Shown here: piece by piece, positions 1 through 8,956 of the stretch
Layout: each line of letters begins with the position of its first letter
Numbering within the stretch: position 1 is the first letter of the stretch
Assembly: GCA_039587355.1 (NCBI GenBank)
Contig: JBDHIO010000002.1
Span: 95,824 to 159,823 of the forward strand
Length of the DNA stretch: 64,000 nt
From: Gemmatimonadota bacterium
GTDB taxonomy: Bacteria > Gemmatimonadota > Gemmatimonadetes > Palauibacterales > Palauibacteraceae
Direction of reading: 5' to 3'
The notes under the pieces: generated by a model
What the model was told of the DNA's origin: nothing
Databases searched by the model: none
The model's input: the letters and a program-made list of their open reading frames with translations, nothing else
Made by a program: the position numbers and the translations under genes

Positions 1-906
1 ACCGGCGGCGGCGCCGGGTCGTTGCGCGCGCTCCAGGACGCACACAACGCCGGCGAGATGCGGTTCCGGATGTACTTCTTCCCGAACGGCGGTCTGTTCC
101 GTCAGCTGAACCAGGCGGGGATCCGCACCGGGTTCGGCGATGACTGGCTCCAGATCGGGGCCGTGAAGTACGGAGCCGACGGTTCGGCCTCCGAGCGAAC
201 CATGCGAATGAGCACCCCCTACGTCGGGCGACCGGACGATTACGGCATCCTCACGATGACGCAGGACGAGATCTACGAAGCCGTCGACGAGGCGCACAGC
301 TCCGGCTGGCAGATCGGGATCCATGCGAATGGCGACGTCACGATCGACATGGTCCTGAACGCGTACGAACGGGCCCTCGAGCGTTGGCCGCGCGACGACC
401 CCAGGCACCGGATCGAGCACTGCACGCTCGTCAATCCGAGCCTCGTGCAGCGCATCAAGTCTACGGGCTCAATCCCAACTCCCTTCTACACTTATGTATA
501 CTATCACGGAGACAAGTGGGGAGAGTATGGGGACGAGAAACTCGAGAGCATGTTCGCCCACAAGACGTTCCTCGATGCGGGCATCATGGTCGCCCCGGCG
601 TCGGACTACATGCCCGGTCCGTACGAGCCGATGATGGCCCTCCAGAGCATGGTCACGCGTACCGACTTCCGCGGGAAACAGTGGGGGCCGAACCAGCGCA
701 TTTCGATCGAACAGGCGCTCCGCATCTGCACCTATCACGGAGCGTACGCCTCGCACGAGGAGAACGTGAAAGGGACGATTACGGCCGGGAAGCTCGCGGA
801 CTTCGTGATCCTCGGGCAGGACCCGCACGTGGTCGACCCGAGCGTCCTGAAGGACATTCCGATCGTCCGGACCGTCGTCGGCGGCAAGACGATGTACGAG
901 GCCTGA
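1..906 (+). CDS. Amidohydrolase family protein (metal-dependent hydrolase, YtcJ-like), C-terminal part; 5' end lies outside the window
   Basis: Frame 1 is open from base 1 with no stop until TGA 904-906. The translation shows the conserved C-terminal amidohydrolase region (HANGD...IDM, RIEHCTL, GSIPTPF, GKLADFVIL). Confidence 0.75.
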   Translation, partial: TGGGAGSLRALQDAHNAGEMRFRMYFFPNGGLFRQLNQAGIRTGFGDDWLQIGAVKYGADGSASERTMRMSTPYVGRPDDYGILTMTQDEIYEAVDEAHSSGWQIGIHANGDVTIDMVLNAYERALERWPRDDPRHRIEHCTLVNPSLVQRIKSTGSIPTPFYTYVYYHGDKWGEYGDEKLESMFAHKTFLDAGIMVAPASDYMPGPYEPMMALQSMVTRTDFRGKQWGPNQRISIEQALRICTYHGAYASHEENVKGTITAGKLADFVILGQDPHVVDPSVLKDIPIVRTVVGGKTMYEA

Positions 907-1032
907 CGACTGGCGCGCCCCGACTCGTTCGAGCTGATTCGGGGGAGCCGCGGCGAGCTGATCGCGGTCGTCCTCGCGGGTGCCCTGCACGTCGTCACCG
1001 AGCTCTTCTTCTCGGAGGCCGTCGCCCTGTGG

Positions 1033-1581
1033 GTGAGCGCGGCCGTGTCGGTCGGCTTCCTCGTCTACCTGGTGGCCCGGGCGAAACGGCACCCGGGAAT
1101 GCTACGCGCCTGGGGGATGCGGTGGGACAACTTCGGCGAGACGATCGTCCCTCATCTGACCTTCGCCGCGATCGGTTCGGCGATCGTCCTGTGGATCGGG
1201 TCGACCGTCGGGACGATCGACTTTCCGAACACGTTCTGGCTCACGCTTTTGCTCTACCCGATCTGGGGCGCCGCCCAACAGTTCGCCCTCCAGAACCTGC
1301 TGGCCCGAAACGTCTACGCGTTCACATCCAACATCCTTCTGGTGTCGCTCGTGGCCGCGCTCCTGTTCGGCGCGTCGCACTACCCGCGACTGTGGCTCGT
1401 TGCGTTGACCGCCGGTGCCGGATTCCCCTTCACGATCATGTACCGCCGGTTCCCCAATCTCTGGGCGATCGGGATCGCGCACGGGATTCTGGGATCGTTC
1501 GCAGTCTACGCCGTACTGGGTGAGGATCCCGGCGCGGCGATCCTCTCGATGCTCTGGAAGTGGATCCAGGGAGGTGCATAG
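1033..1581 (+). CDS. CPBP (CAAX protease)-like integral membrane protein. The start is uncertain; it may extend upstream to about 910 with a non-canonical start.
   Basis: Polytopic hydrophobic protein with an FxxxH-like motif (FGASH) and a later HGILG. An ELFFSE segment resembling CPBP motif 1 lies in-frame upstream of the first GTG, where no ATG/GTG/TTG occurs between 907 and 1033. Confidence 0.4.
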   Translation: MSAAVSVGFLVYLVARAKRHPGMLRAWGMRWDNFGETIVPHLTFAAIGSAIVLWIGSTVGTIDFPNTFWLTLLLYPIWGAAQQFALQNLLARNVYAFTSNILLVSLVAALLFGASHYPRLWLVALTAGAGFPFTIMYRRFPNLWAIGIAHGILGSFAVYAVLGEDPGAAILSMLWKWIQGGA

Positions 1582-1584
1582 CCG

Positions 1585-2283
1585 ATGCGAGTAACGCGCC
1601 TTACCCGGGCCGAGAGCGTGCGCCGGGCCGTTGCGGAGGTATTCCTGATCGTTATCGGGATCCTGCTCGCCCTCGCCGCATCCGATTGGGCGGAGCAGCG
1701 ACAGGAGCGCGAGCGCGAGCGGGAGATCCTCGGCGAGATCCGCGAGGCGCTCGTCGAGGATGTCGCGGGCGTGGACAGCGTACTCGCGGTGAAGCGCCTA
1801 CAGCGCGATCGCGTCACATCCCTTCTCGCGCATATCGCCGGCGGCGGTGGGTACGCTGATTCACTGGACGCATCCTTCGGCGCGTCGTACGGGCTGCGAC
1901 CCGTGGCGTTGAATCGTGCCGCGTTCGAGTCCCTCAAGTCACAGGGGCTCGATCTCGTGTCCGATTCGGAGCTCCGATCCGCGATCGCGAGGGTGTACGA
2001 GAGGACGTACCCGAGTCTCGAGCAGGGCATGGAGCTCGAGCGAAACATCGTGCTCGCGGCGATGCGACCGCACTACCTCCGACGCTTCAGGGATCTCCGC
2101 TTCAACCAGAGCGCGACCCCCCTCGACTACGACGATCTCGTGCGCGACCAGGAGTACATAAACCTCCTCGATTACCGCAGGCAGAACCTCGTGCAGGCCG
2201 TGATCCCCTCGCACGAGGCCGCATCGCGCGAGATGTACCGCCTCATCGAACTGCTCGAACCGAATGCGGGCGGGAAGCGATGA
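1585..2283 (+). CDS. Hypothetical single-pass membrane protein, paralog 1 of a tandem family (N-terminal TM then soluble domain)
   Basis: ATG start. N-terminal hydrophobic helix (VFLIVIGILLALAA) followed by W-AEQRQERERE. It shares this N-terminal architecture and motif with the ORFs at 2840 and 3541. High GC3 codon usage. Confidence 0.55.
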   Translation: MRVTRLTRAESVRRAVAEVFLIVIGILLALAASDWAEQRQEREREREILGEIREALVEDVAGVDSVLAVKRLQRDRVTSLLAHIAGGGGYADSLDASFGASYGLRPVALNRAAFESLKSQGLDLVSDSELRSAIARVYERTYPSLEQGMELERNIVLAAMRPHYLRRFRDLRFNQSATPLDYDDLVRDQEYINLLDYRRQNLVQAVIPSHEAASREMYRLIELLEPNAGGKR

Positions 2284-2834
2284 TCGAACCCGCACCGCAG
2301 GTCCGGGCCGATCTCGATCTGCCCGATGTGACAGGGTTCATACTCGCGGGGAAGATCCTCTCGGCGATCGCGCTGCTGGTCGTCCTGGCGGTCCTCCTGA
2401 ACATCTGGCGGCGTGGCTCGTTTCCCGGAGTCTCGTACGGGAGCATCAAACTGTCGCACGGACGACTGCGCTGGCTGTGGACGTCGATCATCATCGGCGC
2501 GGTCGCTCTCGGCTCGGCCGAAGACCCGATCGCGCGCTTCGAAAACACGAGCGAAGACGAAGAGCTTCTCGCGGCCGCCGATTCGCGCAGGCAGACGAGC
2601 CTGGCGATCCCCCTGCCCTTCTATCGGTACGAGCGGCAGCGGATCTACGCCGATGACGAACTCGCGGTCGACAACACCTTCGAAGGATTCCTCATCCCGT
2701 GGGCCCTGCTGTCGGCGCTTCTCGCGTATCTCGTGCTCGTCGTAGGTTGGAACCCGGAGAGCCGACTGGCCCTGAGAGTCCTCCAGGGTCGTCGGCGGCG
2801 ACGCGATCGCCGGACCTTGCAGGAGCGGGACTGA
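2280..2834 (+). CDS. Hypothetical membrane protein (2-3 TM segments)
   Basis: ATGA overlap with the upstream gene. Hydrophobic segments ILSAIALLVVLAVLL, WTSIIIGAVALG and WALLSALLAYLVLVV. No family recognised. Confidence 0.4.
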   Translation: MIEPAPQVRADLDLPDVTGFILAGKILSAIALLVVLAVLLNIWRRGSFPGVSYGSIKLSHGRLRWLWTSIIIGAVALGSAEDPIARFENTSEDEELLAAADSRRQTSLAIPLPFYRYERQRIYADDELAVDNTFEGFLIPWALLSALLAYLVLVVGWNPESRLALRVLQGRRRRRDRRTLQERD

Positions 2835-2839
2835 CTCGC

Positions 2840-3544
2840 ATGGCCGACACGAAACCGACACGACTCCTCACGGAGGGGTTGGTCATCATCCTCAGCATCC
2901 TCGCCGCGTTCGCCATCGACGCCTGGTGGGACGACCGTCAGGAGAACGAGCGTGAGCGCGCGCTGCTATCCGGCATCCTCCAGGATCTTCGCGACTCGGA
3001 GAACGACCTGGAGCTCAAGACCATGCTCTCGGAATCCCTTCTGCAGCGGCAGGATGACGTCCTGAGCCGTCTCGTCGAGCAGCCCGAGGGCGCGACGATC
3101 TTCGTGTCGGTCTACCAGATCGGCTCGCTCGTGAGCGTGCCGACCTACGACGCAAACACCACGATTCTCGATGCGGCCGTCTCCTCCGGCGAATTGGAGC
3201 TGATCCGAAGCCGGAGGATCAAGAACGCCCTTTCCGCATGGCAGAGGGCGTATCGTGACAACAGGGAGGACGAAGAAGCGATCCGCGATCTGACCCATGT
3301 TCAACTTCTTCCCGTCCTGTCGGAGGCGGCCCGCATCGGGGACGTGTTTGACCGGATCACCACGCAAGGGTCTCCTCCCGAGCTGGACGACTCGCCCGCC
3401 CGTGAGATGACGGTCGATCGGCGGCTGGAAGGCCTGATGGGCCTGAGGCTCTTCTACCAGCAATTCGTAGCGGAATCCATGCGGGACCTGACGGAAAGGC
3501 AGCACGAGCTCATCGAGCTGATCGAAGCGGAGCTGGGATCGTGA
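2840..3544 (+). CDS. Hypothetical single-pass membrane protein, paralog 2 of the tandem family
   Basis: The ATG at 2840 gives MADTKPTRLLTEGLVIILSILAAFAIDAWWDDRQENERE. The longer ORF from 2699 has a non-membrane, Pro/Ser-rich N-terminal extension that I consider unlikely. Same TM + W..RQE.ERE juxtamembrane motif as paralog 1. Confidence 0.55.
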   Translation: MADTKPTRLLTEGLVIILSILAAFAIDAWWDDRQENERERALLSGILQDLRDSENDLELKTMLSESLLQRQDDVLSRLVEQPEGATIFVSVYQIGSLVSVPTYDANTTILDAAVSSGELELIRSRRIKNALSAWQRAYRDNREDEEAIRDLTHVQLLPVLSEAARIGDVFDRITTQGSPPELDDSPAREMTVDRRLEGLMGLRLFYQQFVAESMRDLTERQHELIELIEAELGS

Positions 3545-4152
3545 CCGGCCCGACGCGACGATCGGCCGGGCGGACGCTGACCGAGCTGGTCGTGATCTTC
3601 ATCGGCGTGAGCGCGGCGTTCTTCGTCGAGAACTACCGTGAGGATCGTCAGGAACTGCAGGAGCTCGACGAGGCGGTGGACGCCATCGTCTTCGAGCTGG
3701 GCCACTTCTCCGGTCGCACCGTCGTACACGCGGAGGCGATCGAAGACGGGATCGCGTCGTGGGAGGTATCTACGGCGGAAGGAGTGCGGCCGATGCCGGC
3801 CGACTACGTCATCCCCGGAGCGCTCCGACCGCCGACGCCTGCGTGGGAAACGACCGTGGCGTCCGGAACCGCGAACCGGATCGAGCCCACGTTGCTGATG
3901 GATCTGGGGTGGTTCTACAACGAGTTCGTCGGCGTACACGTGAACCATCAACGGCAGGTCGCGTTCAGCGAACGGGAGATCCAGCCTCGGGCGGAGCTCG
4001 GGGCCGACGCCTTCTACGGTCCCGACGGTCACCTCCTTCCGGAATTCCGGGTCCACATGCGTCACCAGGGGGTCTTCGCTGCAGACCTCCGACGGATGGC
4101 CCGGTGGGCCGATTCCCTCCGAACGGTACTCGCCGAGACCAGGGGCCGTTGA
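3541..4152 (+). CDS. Hypothetical single-pass membrane protein, paralog 3 of the tandem family
   Basis: ATGA overlap with paralog 2. N-terminus LTELVVIFIGVSAAFFVENYREDRQELQE repeats the family pattern. Confidence 0.55.
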   Translation: MTGPTRRSAGRTLTELVVIFIGVSAAFFVENYREDRQELQELDEAVDAIVFELGHFSGRTVVHAEAIEDGIASWEVSTAEGVRPMPADYVIPGALRPPTPAWETTVASGTANRIEPTLLMDLGWFYNEFVGVHVNHQRQVAFSEREIQPRAELGADAFYGPDGHLLPEFRVHMRHQGVFAADLRRMARWADSLRTVLAETRGR

Positions 4153-4189
4153 GCGCAGCGTCTCCCCCTCACCCGGTGTCCGGGTAGCC

Positions 4190-5575
4190 ATGCAGGACCT
4201 GACCGAGGGCTCGATTCCGCGACACATCGCGCAGCTGGCCATCCCGATCGCGATCGGGATGGTCTTTCAGACCCTGTACTATCTGGTCGATCTGTACTTC
4301 GTCGGCCAGATCAGCGAGACCGCGGTCGCGGGCCTGACCTCCGCCGGCAACATCCAGTTCATCATCATGGCGCTGACCCAGGTGCTGGGCGTCGGGACCA
4401 TGGCGCTCATCGCGCAGGCAAGCGGTCGAAAGGACCGCGAGGACGCGAACCTGATCTTCAACCAGAGTCTGCTCCTCGCCGCTGTCTGTGCCGCTCTCAC
4501 GCTCGCGGTCGGGTACGGGCTCGGCCGGTGGTACATGGCAACGCTCGCAGCCGACCAGGCGACGGTCGATGCGGGACTCACGTACCTGGACTGGTTCATC
4601 CCGGCGCTCGCGCTCCAGTTCGCGATGATCTCCATGGGGTCTGCTCTGCGCGGAACGGGCATCGTGAAGCCGACGATCATCGTGCAGGTGTCGACGGTGA
4701 TTTTGAACGCGATCCTCGCGCCGTTCATGATTGCTGGATGGGTGACGGGCAAGCCGCTCGGGATCATGGGAGCAGGCCTCTCGACGACGATCTCGGTGGC
4801 CGTCGCGGTCGTCCTGCTGACCTTCTATTTCGTGAAGCTCGAGCGTTTCGTCGTCTTCGACATCTCGATGCTCAGGCCTCGCCTCGACGCGTGGAAGCGG
4901 ATCCTCAAGGTGGGCCTCCCCCCCGGTGGCGAGTTCGCCCTGATGTTCGTGTACATGGCCGTGATCTACTGGGCGATCCGTGGCTTCGGCGCGGAGGCGC
5001 AGGCGGGGTTCGGGGTGGGCTCAAGGGTCATGCAGGCGATCTTCCTGCCGGCGATGGCGGTGGCGTTCGCGACGGCACCCGTAGCCGGACAGAACTTCGG
5101 CGCCGGACGGTTCGACCGCGTCCGGGGCACGCTCAAGTCGGCGTCGCTCGTCGGAAGCGCGATCATGCTGACCCTCACGTTGCTCTGTCAGGTGAGCCCG
5201 GAAGCGCTCGTGGGCTGGCTCACCGATGACCCCGCCGTGGTGACGATCGCCGCGGAGTTCTTGCAGATCATCTCGTGGAACTTCGTCGCGACCGGGCTGA
5301 TCTTCACGTTCTCGGGCGTCTTCCAGGCGCTCGGCAACACCGTTCCCGCGCTGATCGCCGGGGCGACCCGTCTGGCGACCTTCGCGATACCTGCGATCTG
5401 GATCTCCGGTCGACCGGGGTTCGAACTCCGCCATTTGTGGATGCTGTCCGTGGCCACGATCGTGATCCAGACCGCGGTCAGCTGGTGGCTCCTCCAGCTC
5501 GAGTTCCGCCGCAAGCTGGTCGACGACGGAGCGCCACCTTCCGACGTCGCGAGCGAGCCGCTGCCGACCGCGTAG
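4190..5575 (+). CDS. MATE family multidrug/oligosaccharide efflux transporter (NorM/DinF-like)
   Basis: 461 aa, about 12 TM segments. Typical MATE N-terminus (IPRHIAQLAIPIAIGMVFQTLYYLVDLYFVGQIS) and an internal duplication pattern. Confidence 0.85.
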   Translation: MQDLTEGSIPRHIAQLAIPIAIGMVFQTLYYLVDLYFVGQISETAVAGLTSAGNIQFIIMALTQVLGVGTMALIAQASGRKDREDANLIFNQSLLLAAVCAALTLAVGYGLGRWYMATLAADQATVDAGLTYLDWFIPALALQFAMISMGSALRGTGIVKPTIIVQVSTVILNAILAPFMIAGWVTGKPLGIMGAGLSTTISVAVAVVLLTFYFVKLERFVVFDISMLRPRLDAWKRILKVGLPPGGEFALMFVYMAVIYWAIRGFGAEAQAGFGVGSRVMQAIFLPAMAVAFATAPVAGQNFGAGRFDRVRGTLKSASLVGSAIMLTLTLLCQVSPEALVGWLTDDPAVVTIAAEFLQIISWNFVATGLIFTFSGVFQALGNTVPALIAGATRLATFAIPAIWISGRPGFELRHLWMLSVATIVIQTAVSWWLLQLEFRRKLVDDGAPPSDVASEPLPTA

Positions 5576-5640
5576 ATTCCCCGCATGGGCCCGCCGCCAG
5601 TACGGCGCGACCGCCACCGACCACAGAGAAGGACCGAGGC

Positions 5641-6030
5641 ATGACTGAGCTCATGGTCCCGGTGTCACCGGGCGAGTTGCTCGACAAGATCACGATTCTC
5701 GAAATCAAGTCGGAGCGGATCGACGACCCGGAGAAGGTCGCGAACGTCGCCCGCGAGCTCGAGCTGCTGAGCCGGGTCTGGAGCGAGGGCGTGACGGAGG
5801 ACGGCACCGTCGCCGGCGTGCGTTCCCGGCTCAAAGCGATCAACGAGGACCTCTGGGAGATCGAGGACGAGATCCGGGAGGAGGAGGCGCGCGGCGAGTT
5901 CGGATCGCGCTTCATCGAGCTGGCGCGGGCGGTGTACGTCACGAACGATCGACGCGCCGCCGCGAAGCGGGAGGTCAACCTCCACCTCGGCTCGAGCATT
6001 CTCGAAGAGAAGTCGTACAAGGGCGGATGA
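5641..6030 (+). CDS. Small conserved hypothetical protein (about 130 aa; resembles small DUF-type proteins beginning MxxLxVPVSxGELLDKITILEIK)
   Basis: ATG at 5641, charged coiled-coil-like composition and coding-like GC3. The longer ORF from 5275 overlaps the MATE 3' end in another frame and is unlikely. Confidence 0.5.
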   Translation: MTELMVPVSPGELLDKITILEIKSERIDDPEKVANVARELELLSRVWSEGVTEDGTVAGVRSRLKAINEDLWEIEDEIREEEARGEFGSRFIELARAVYVTNDRRAAAKREVNLHLGSSILEEKSYKGG

Positions 6031-6070
6031 CGGGCTTTCCCATGCGTCCGGGCCCGGCGGTTCCGTCGCC

Positions 6071-6799
6071 ATGACCGACGATCGTCGCTTCAGCGAGGTG
6101 GAGGTCGGCGAGATCCTGCGCAGGGCCACCGAGCCCCGGACGACCGGCGACCTGACCCGAACACGTCCGGGCCGCGGCCTGACGCTCGAGGAGGTGCAGG
6201 AGATCGCGGCGGAAGCCGCGATCGATCCGGATCGGGTCGGCGAAGCCGCGCGCGCGCTGAGCCGCACGGTACCATCCTCGCGGCTCGACGCATTCGTCGG
6301 TTCGCCGACGAGCGTTCGCTTCGAGATCGAGCATGACGGCGATCTCGACGAGGACGGACGGACCGAACTCGTGCGGTTGATCCGCGCATCCCTCGGGCGC
6401 CAGGGAGTAGTCGGAGGGCGCGGAGCCGACCTGGAATGGATGGACCAGGACGGCTACGGCAGCCGCAACGTCAACGTCTATCGCACGGCGGCCGGAACGC
6501 GCGTGGAGATGCTGGGCAGTTTCCGGGAGGCCGGTGCGGGGGCTGCGGGGGTCGCGGGCGTGACGGGCGTGGTGGGGGCGATCGCCGTCTCGGCCGCGGT
6601 CCCGGCGGGACCTGCAGGACTGCTGCTCGTCCCGGTCGCGATGGCGGCGATGTACGCCGTCCCGAGACTCACCATCGGAGCGGCGGTCAGACGCGAGACC
6701 CGGGCGTTGGCCGAGCTCCGCGACCGGATCCGAGATCTCCTCAATGCTCGCGAGGCCCGAAGCGAATCGGGTCGTCAAATCGAAACGGAGGACGGGTGA
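6071..6799 (+). CDS. Hypothetical protein with a Gly/Ala-rich C-terminal membrane segment
   Basis: ATG start 40 nt after the previous gene, and a GTGA overlap with the next gene. C-terminal hydrophobic stretch GVTGVVGAIAVSAAVPAGPAGLLLVPVAMAAMYAV. Confidence 0.45.
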   Translation: MTDDRRFSEVEVGEILRRATEPRTTGDLTRTRPGRGLTLEEVQEIAAEAAIDPDRVGEAARALSRTVPSSRLDAFVGSPTSVRFEIEHDGDLDEDGRTELVRLIRASLGRQGVVGGRGADLEWMDQDGYGSRNVNVYRTAAGTRVEMLGSFREAGAGAAGVAGVTGVVGAIAVSAAVPAGPAGLLLVPVAMAAMYAVPRLTIGAAVRRETRALAELRDRIRDLLNAREARSESGRQIETEDG

Positions 6800-7905
6800 G
6801 GTACACTCGGCGCAGATTCGTTCAGACCTCGGCGCTGGCCGGCGCGGCCGTGGGCCTCGGGGCATGTACGCCCGCGGGAGACGACGCGGCCGGTGAGGGC
6901 TCGAGCGATCCCCTCCGCATTCTGATCCTGGGGGGAACGGGTTGGCTGGGGCCGAACCAGGTGCATACGGCCGTGGCTCGCGGGCATGAGGTCACCCTGT
7001 TCAACCGGGGCCAACGGAATCCGGACATGTTCCCGGAGCTCGAGACCCTCATCGGGGACCGCGATGATGACCTCGAGGCGCTGCGCGGCCGCTCGTGGGA
7101 CGTCGCGATCGACAACTCGGCGACGCTCCCCCGCTGGGTGCGCCAGTCCATCGAGGTGCTGGGCGACTCCGTCGCCGCCTACGTGTTCGTCTCCTCGGTC
7201 GGGGTCTACCTGCCGTACGAGACCGCCCCGCTAGCCGAGGACGGGCCGATCGGGACGATTGACGATCCGGCGACCGAGGAGGTGAACGGGGCGACCTACG
7301 GGGCCCTGAAGGCGCTTTCGGAACAGGTGGCCCGCGAGGCCTACCCGGACACGCACCAGGTCGTCCGTCCGGGGTACATCATCGGACCCGAGGATCCGAC
7401 CGACCGCTTCACGTACTGGCCCGCGCGGCTCGCCCGCGGCGGCGACGTGCTCGCGCCCGGCGCGCCCTCGGACCCGATCCAGCAGATCGATGTTCGTGAT
7501 CTCGCCACGTTCATGATCGATCTGGTCGAGCAGCGCGCCTCCGGGACGTTCAACGCCGTTGGCCCGCAGGAGCCCACGACGATGGGCCCCTTCCTCGAGG
7601 ATGTCGGGGTCGCCGTCGGTTCGGACGCAACGCTGGAGTGGGTCGATGCCGATTTCCTGGAGGAGAACCGCGCCCCGTTCATCACATACTGGACAGCCCC
7701 GAGAGGCGAGTACCTCGGGATGCACCAGATCGACGGGTCGAAGGCGTTCGCGCACGGGCTGCGGACGCGGCCGATCGGCGAGACCGCGCGGGACACGCTC
7801 GACTGGTGGAACACGCTCGATGAAGAGCGACGCTCACAGCTCCGCAGCGGGCTCTCGGCGGAACGCGAAGCAGAGCTTCTGACGGCTTTCCGGGCGACAC
7901 GATGA
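6796..7905 (+). CDS. NAD(P)-dependent epimerase/dehydratase (SDR/NmrA-like) with a Tat signal peptide
   Basis: GTG start overlapping the previous stop. N-terminus RRRFVQTSALAGAAVGLGA is a twin-arginine signal. Then ILILGGTGWLG (Rossmann GxxGxxG) and a YxxxK-like region (YGALK). Confidence 0.7.
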   Translation: MRYTRRRFVQTSALAGAAVGLGACTPAGDDAAGEGSSDPLRILILGGTGWLGPNQVHTAVARGHEVTLFNRGQRNPDMFPELETLIGDRDDDLEALRGRSWDVAIDNSATLPRWVRQSIEVLGDSVAAYVFVSSVGVYLPYETAPLAEDGPIGTIDDPATEEVNGATYGALKALSEQVAREAYPDTHQVVRPGYIIGPEDPTDRFTYWPARLARGGDVLAPGAPSDPIQQIDVRDLATFMIDLVEQRASGTFNAVGPQEPTTMGPFLEDVGVAVGSDATLEWVDADFLEENRAPFITYWTAPRGEYLGMHQIDGSKAFAHGLRTRPIGETARDTLDWWNTLDEERRSQLRSGLSAEREAELLTAFRATR

Positions 7906-8252
7906 CGGCGCCGATCAAGGACCCGATCACGATCGACGACCTGGAGAAGCTCGACATCCGGGTCGGGACGATCGTCGCGGTCGGAGACGTCCCCGACTCC
8001 AACAAGCTCGTGAAGCTCACCGTGGATTTCGGGGACCACACGCGGCAGATCCTCGCCGGCATGAAGGGCGAGCGCGATGATCCCTCGGAGATCGAGGGCC
8101 GGCAGAGTCTGTTCGTCGTGAACATGGCGCCACGGAAGATGGCCGGAGAGATGTCCGAGGGGATGCTCTTCGACATCGGATACGAGGATGGGATCCGTCC
8201 GGTGCTGGCCGTGCCCGAGGAGCCGGTACCAAACGGCGTGCGGCTGGGGTGA
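7902..8252 (+). CDS. csaA: tRNA-binding protein (CsaA/EMAP-type OB-fold domain)
   Basis: 116 aa. IDDLEKLDIRVGTIVAV...KLVKLTVDFGD...RQILAGM matches the tRNA-binding (Myf) domain found in CsaA and the MetRS C-terminus. ATGA overlap with the upstream gene. Confidence 0.7.
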   Translation: MTAPIKDPITIDDLEKLDIRVGTIVAVGDVPDSNKLVKLTVDFGDHTRQILAGMKGERDDPSEIEGRQSLFVVNMAPRKMAGEMSEGMLFDIGYEDGIRPVLAVPEEPVPNGVRLG

Positions 8253-8896
8253 CGGCCCGACCGGACCTCACGACCTCCGCACACGCTCTCGCCCTGATCG
8301 CGATAGCGTGTGCCTGTCTGGCAGCGCCGGCCGCGGCTCAGGCACCGCGCGCGTGCGATGCGTCCGGCTGGGCCGCGCTCGTGCTGAAGCACGTCGAACG
8401 GTACCCGCGGCTCGAGGCACCCGACGTCTACAAGCTCCTGCATCAGGCGACGATGGGAAGCGAGCACCACGCCGCCGACCGAGACATGGCCGCGGACTGG
8501 CTCACCCGTGAGATCGCGGGTCTCGGCGCGGGCCCCGCGGAGCCGCTGATCGACCCTCTGGGCGGGGCGGAAGAAACCGTCCGCATCCATCTGCGCACGT
8601 TCCTCGCGCGCGGGGGCGACCCGAAGCAACTCCTGGACGCCTTCATCGGCACGGCGACCGCCGTCGCCCCACGACCGGACGTCCTCGAATGTGCCCTCGA
8701 GGCGGCGGCGGGTCTCACGGTGTCGAGTGATCTGCCGCTCGAGACGGACGAGTTCGAGACGTACGTGGCCGAACGTCGGGCGGCCGGTTTCGAGGCCGTC
8801 CATCACAGCGACGCCTTCGGGCGGCTCTACCGTCCCGCCTACCGGGTCGTCGCCCGCGAGCTGGTTCCCGAAGCCCTGGTCGGCCTGCGGCGCTGA
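8249..8896 (+). CDS. Hypothetical secreted protein
   Basis: GTGA/ATGA-type overlap with csaA. N-terminal signal peptide (ALALIAIACACLAAPAAAQA). No family recognised. Confidence 0.45.
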   Translation: MTARPDLTTSAHALALIAIACACLAAPAAAQAPRACDASGWAALVLKHVERYPRLEAPDVYKLLHQATMGSEHHAADRDMAADWLTREIAGLGAGPAEPLIDPLGGAEETVRIHLRTFLARGGDPKQLLDAFIGTATAVAPRPDVLECALEAAAGLTVSSDLPLETDEFETYVAERRAAGFEAVHHSDAFGRLYRPAYRVVARELVPEALVGLRR

Positions 8897-8956
8897 CCCC
8901 CCCGCGATCGGCGGCCGTCGGGTTGCCCGGCAGGTCGGGCGATCCCAACGTCTGTC

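Noticed and set aside
384-1523. 379-aa + strand ORF overlapping the amidohydrolase and CPBP-like genes
   Set aside because: Arg/Pro/Gly-rich translation (RRPQAPDRALHARQSEPRAAH...) typical of an off-frame read of high-GC coding DNA. It overlaps two better-supported genes.
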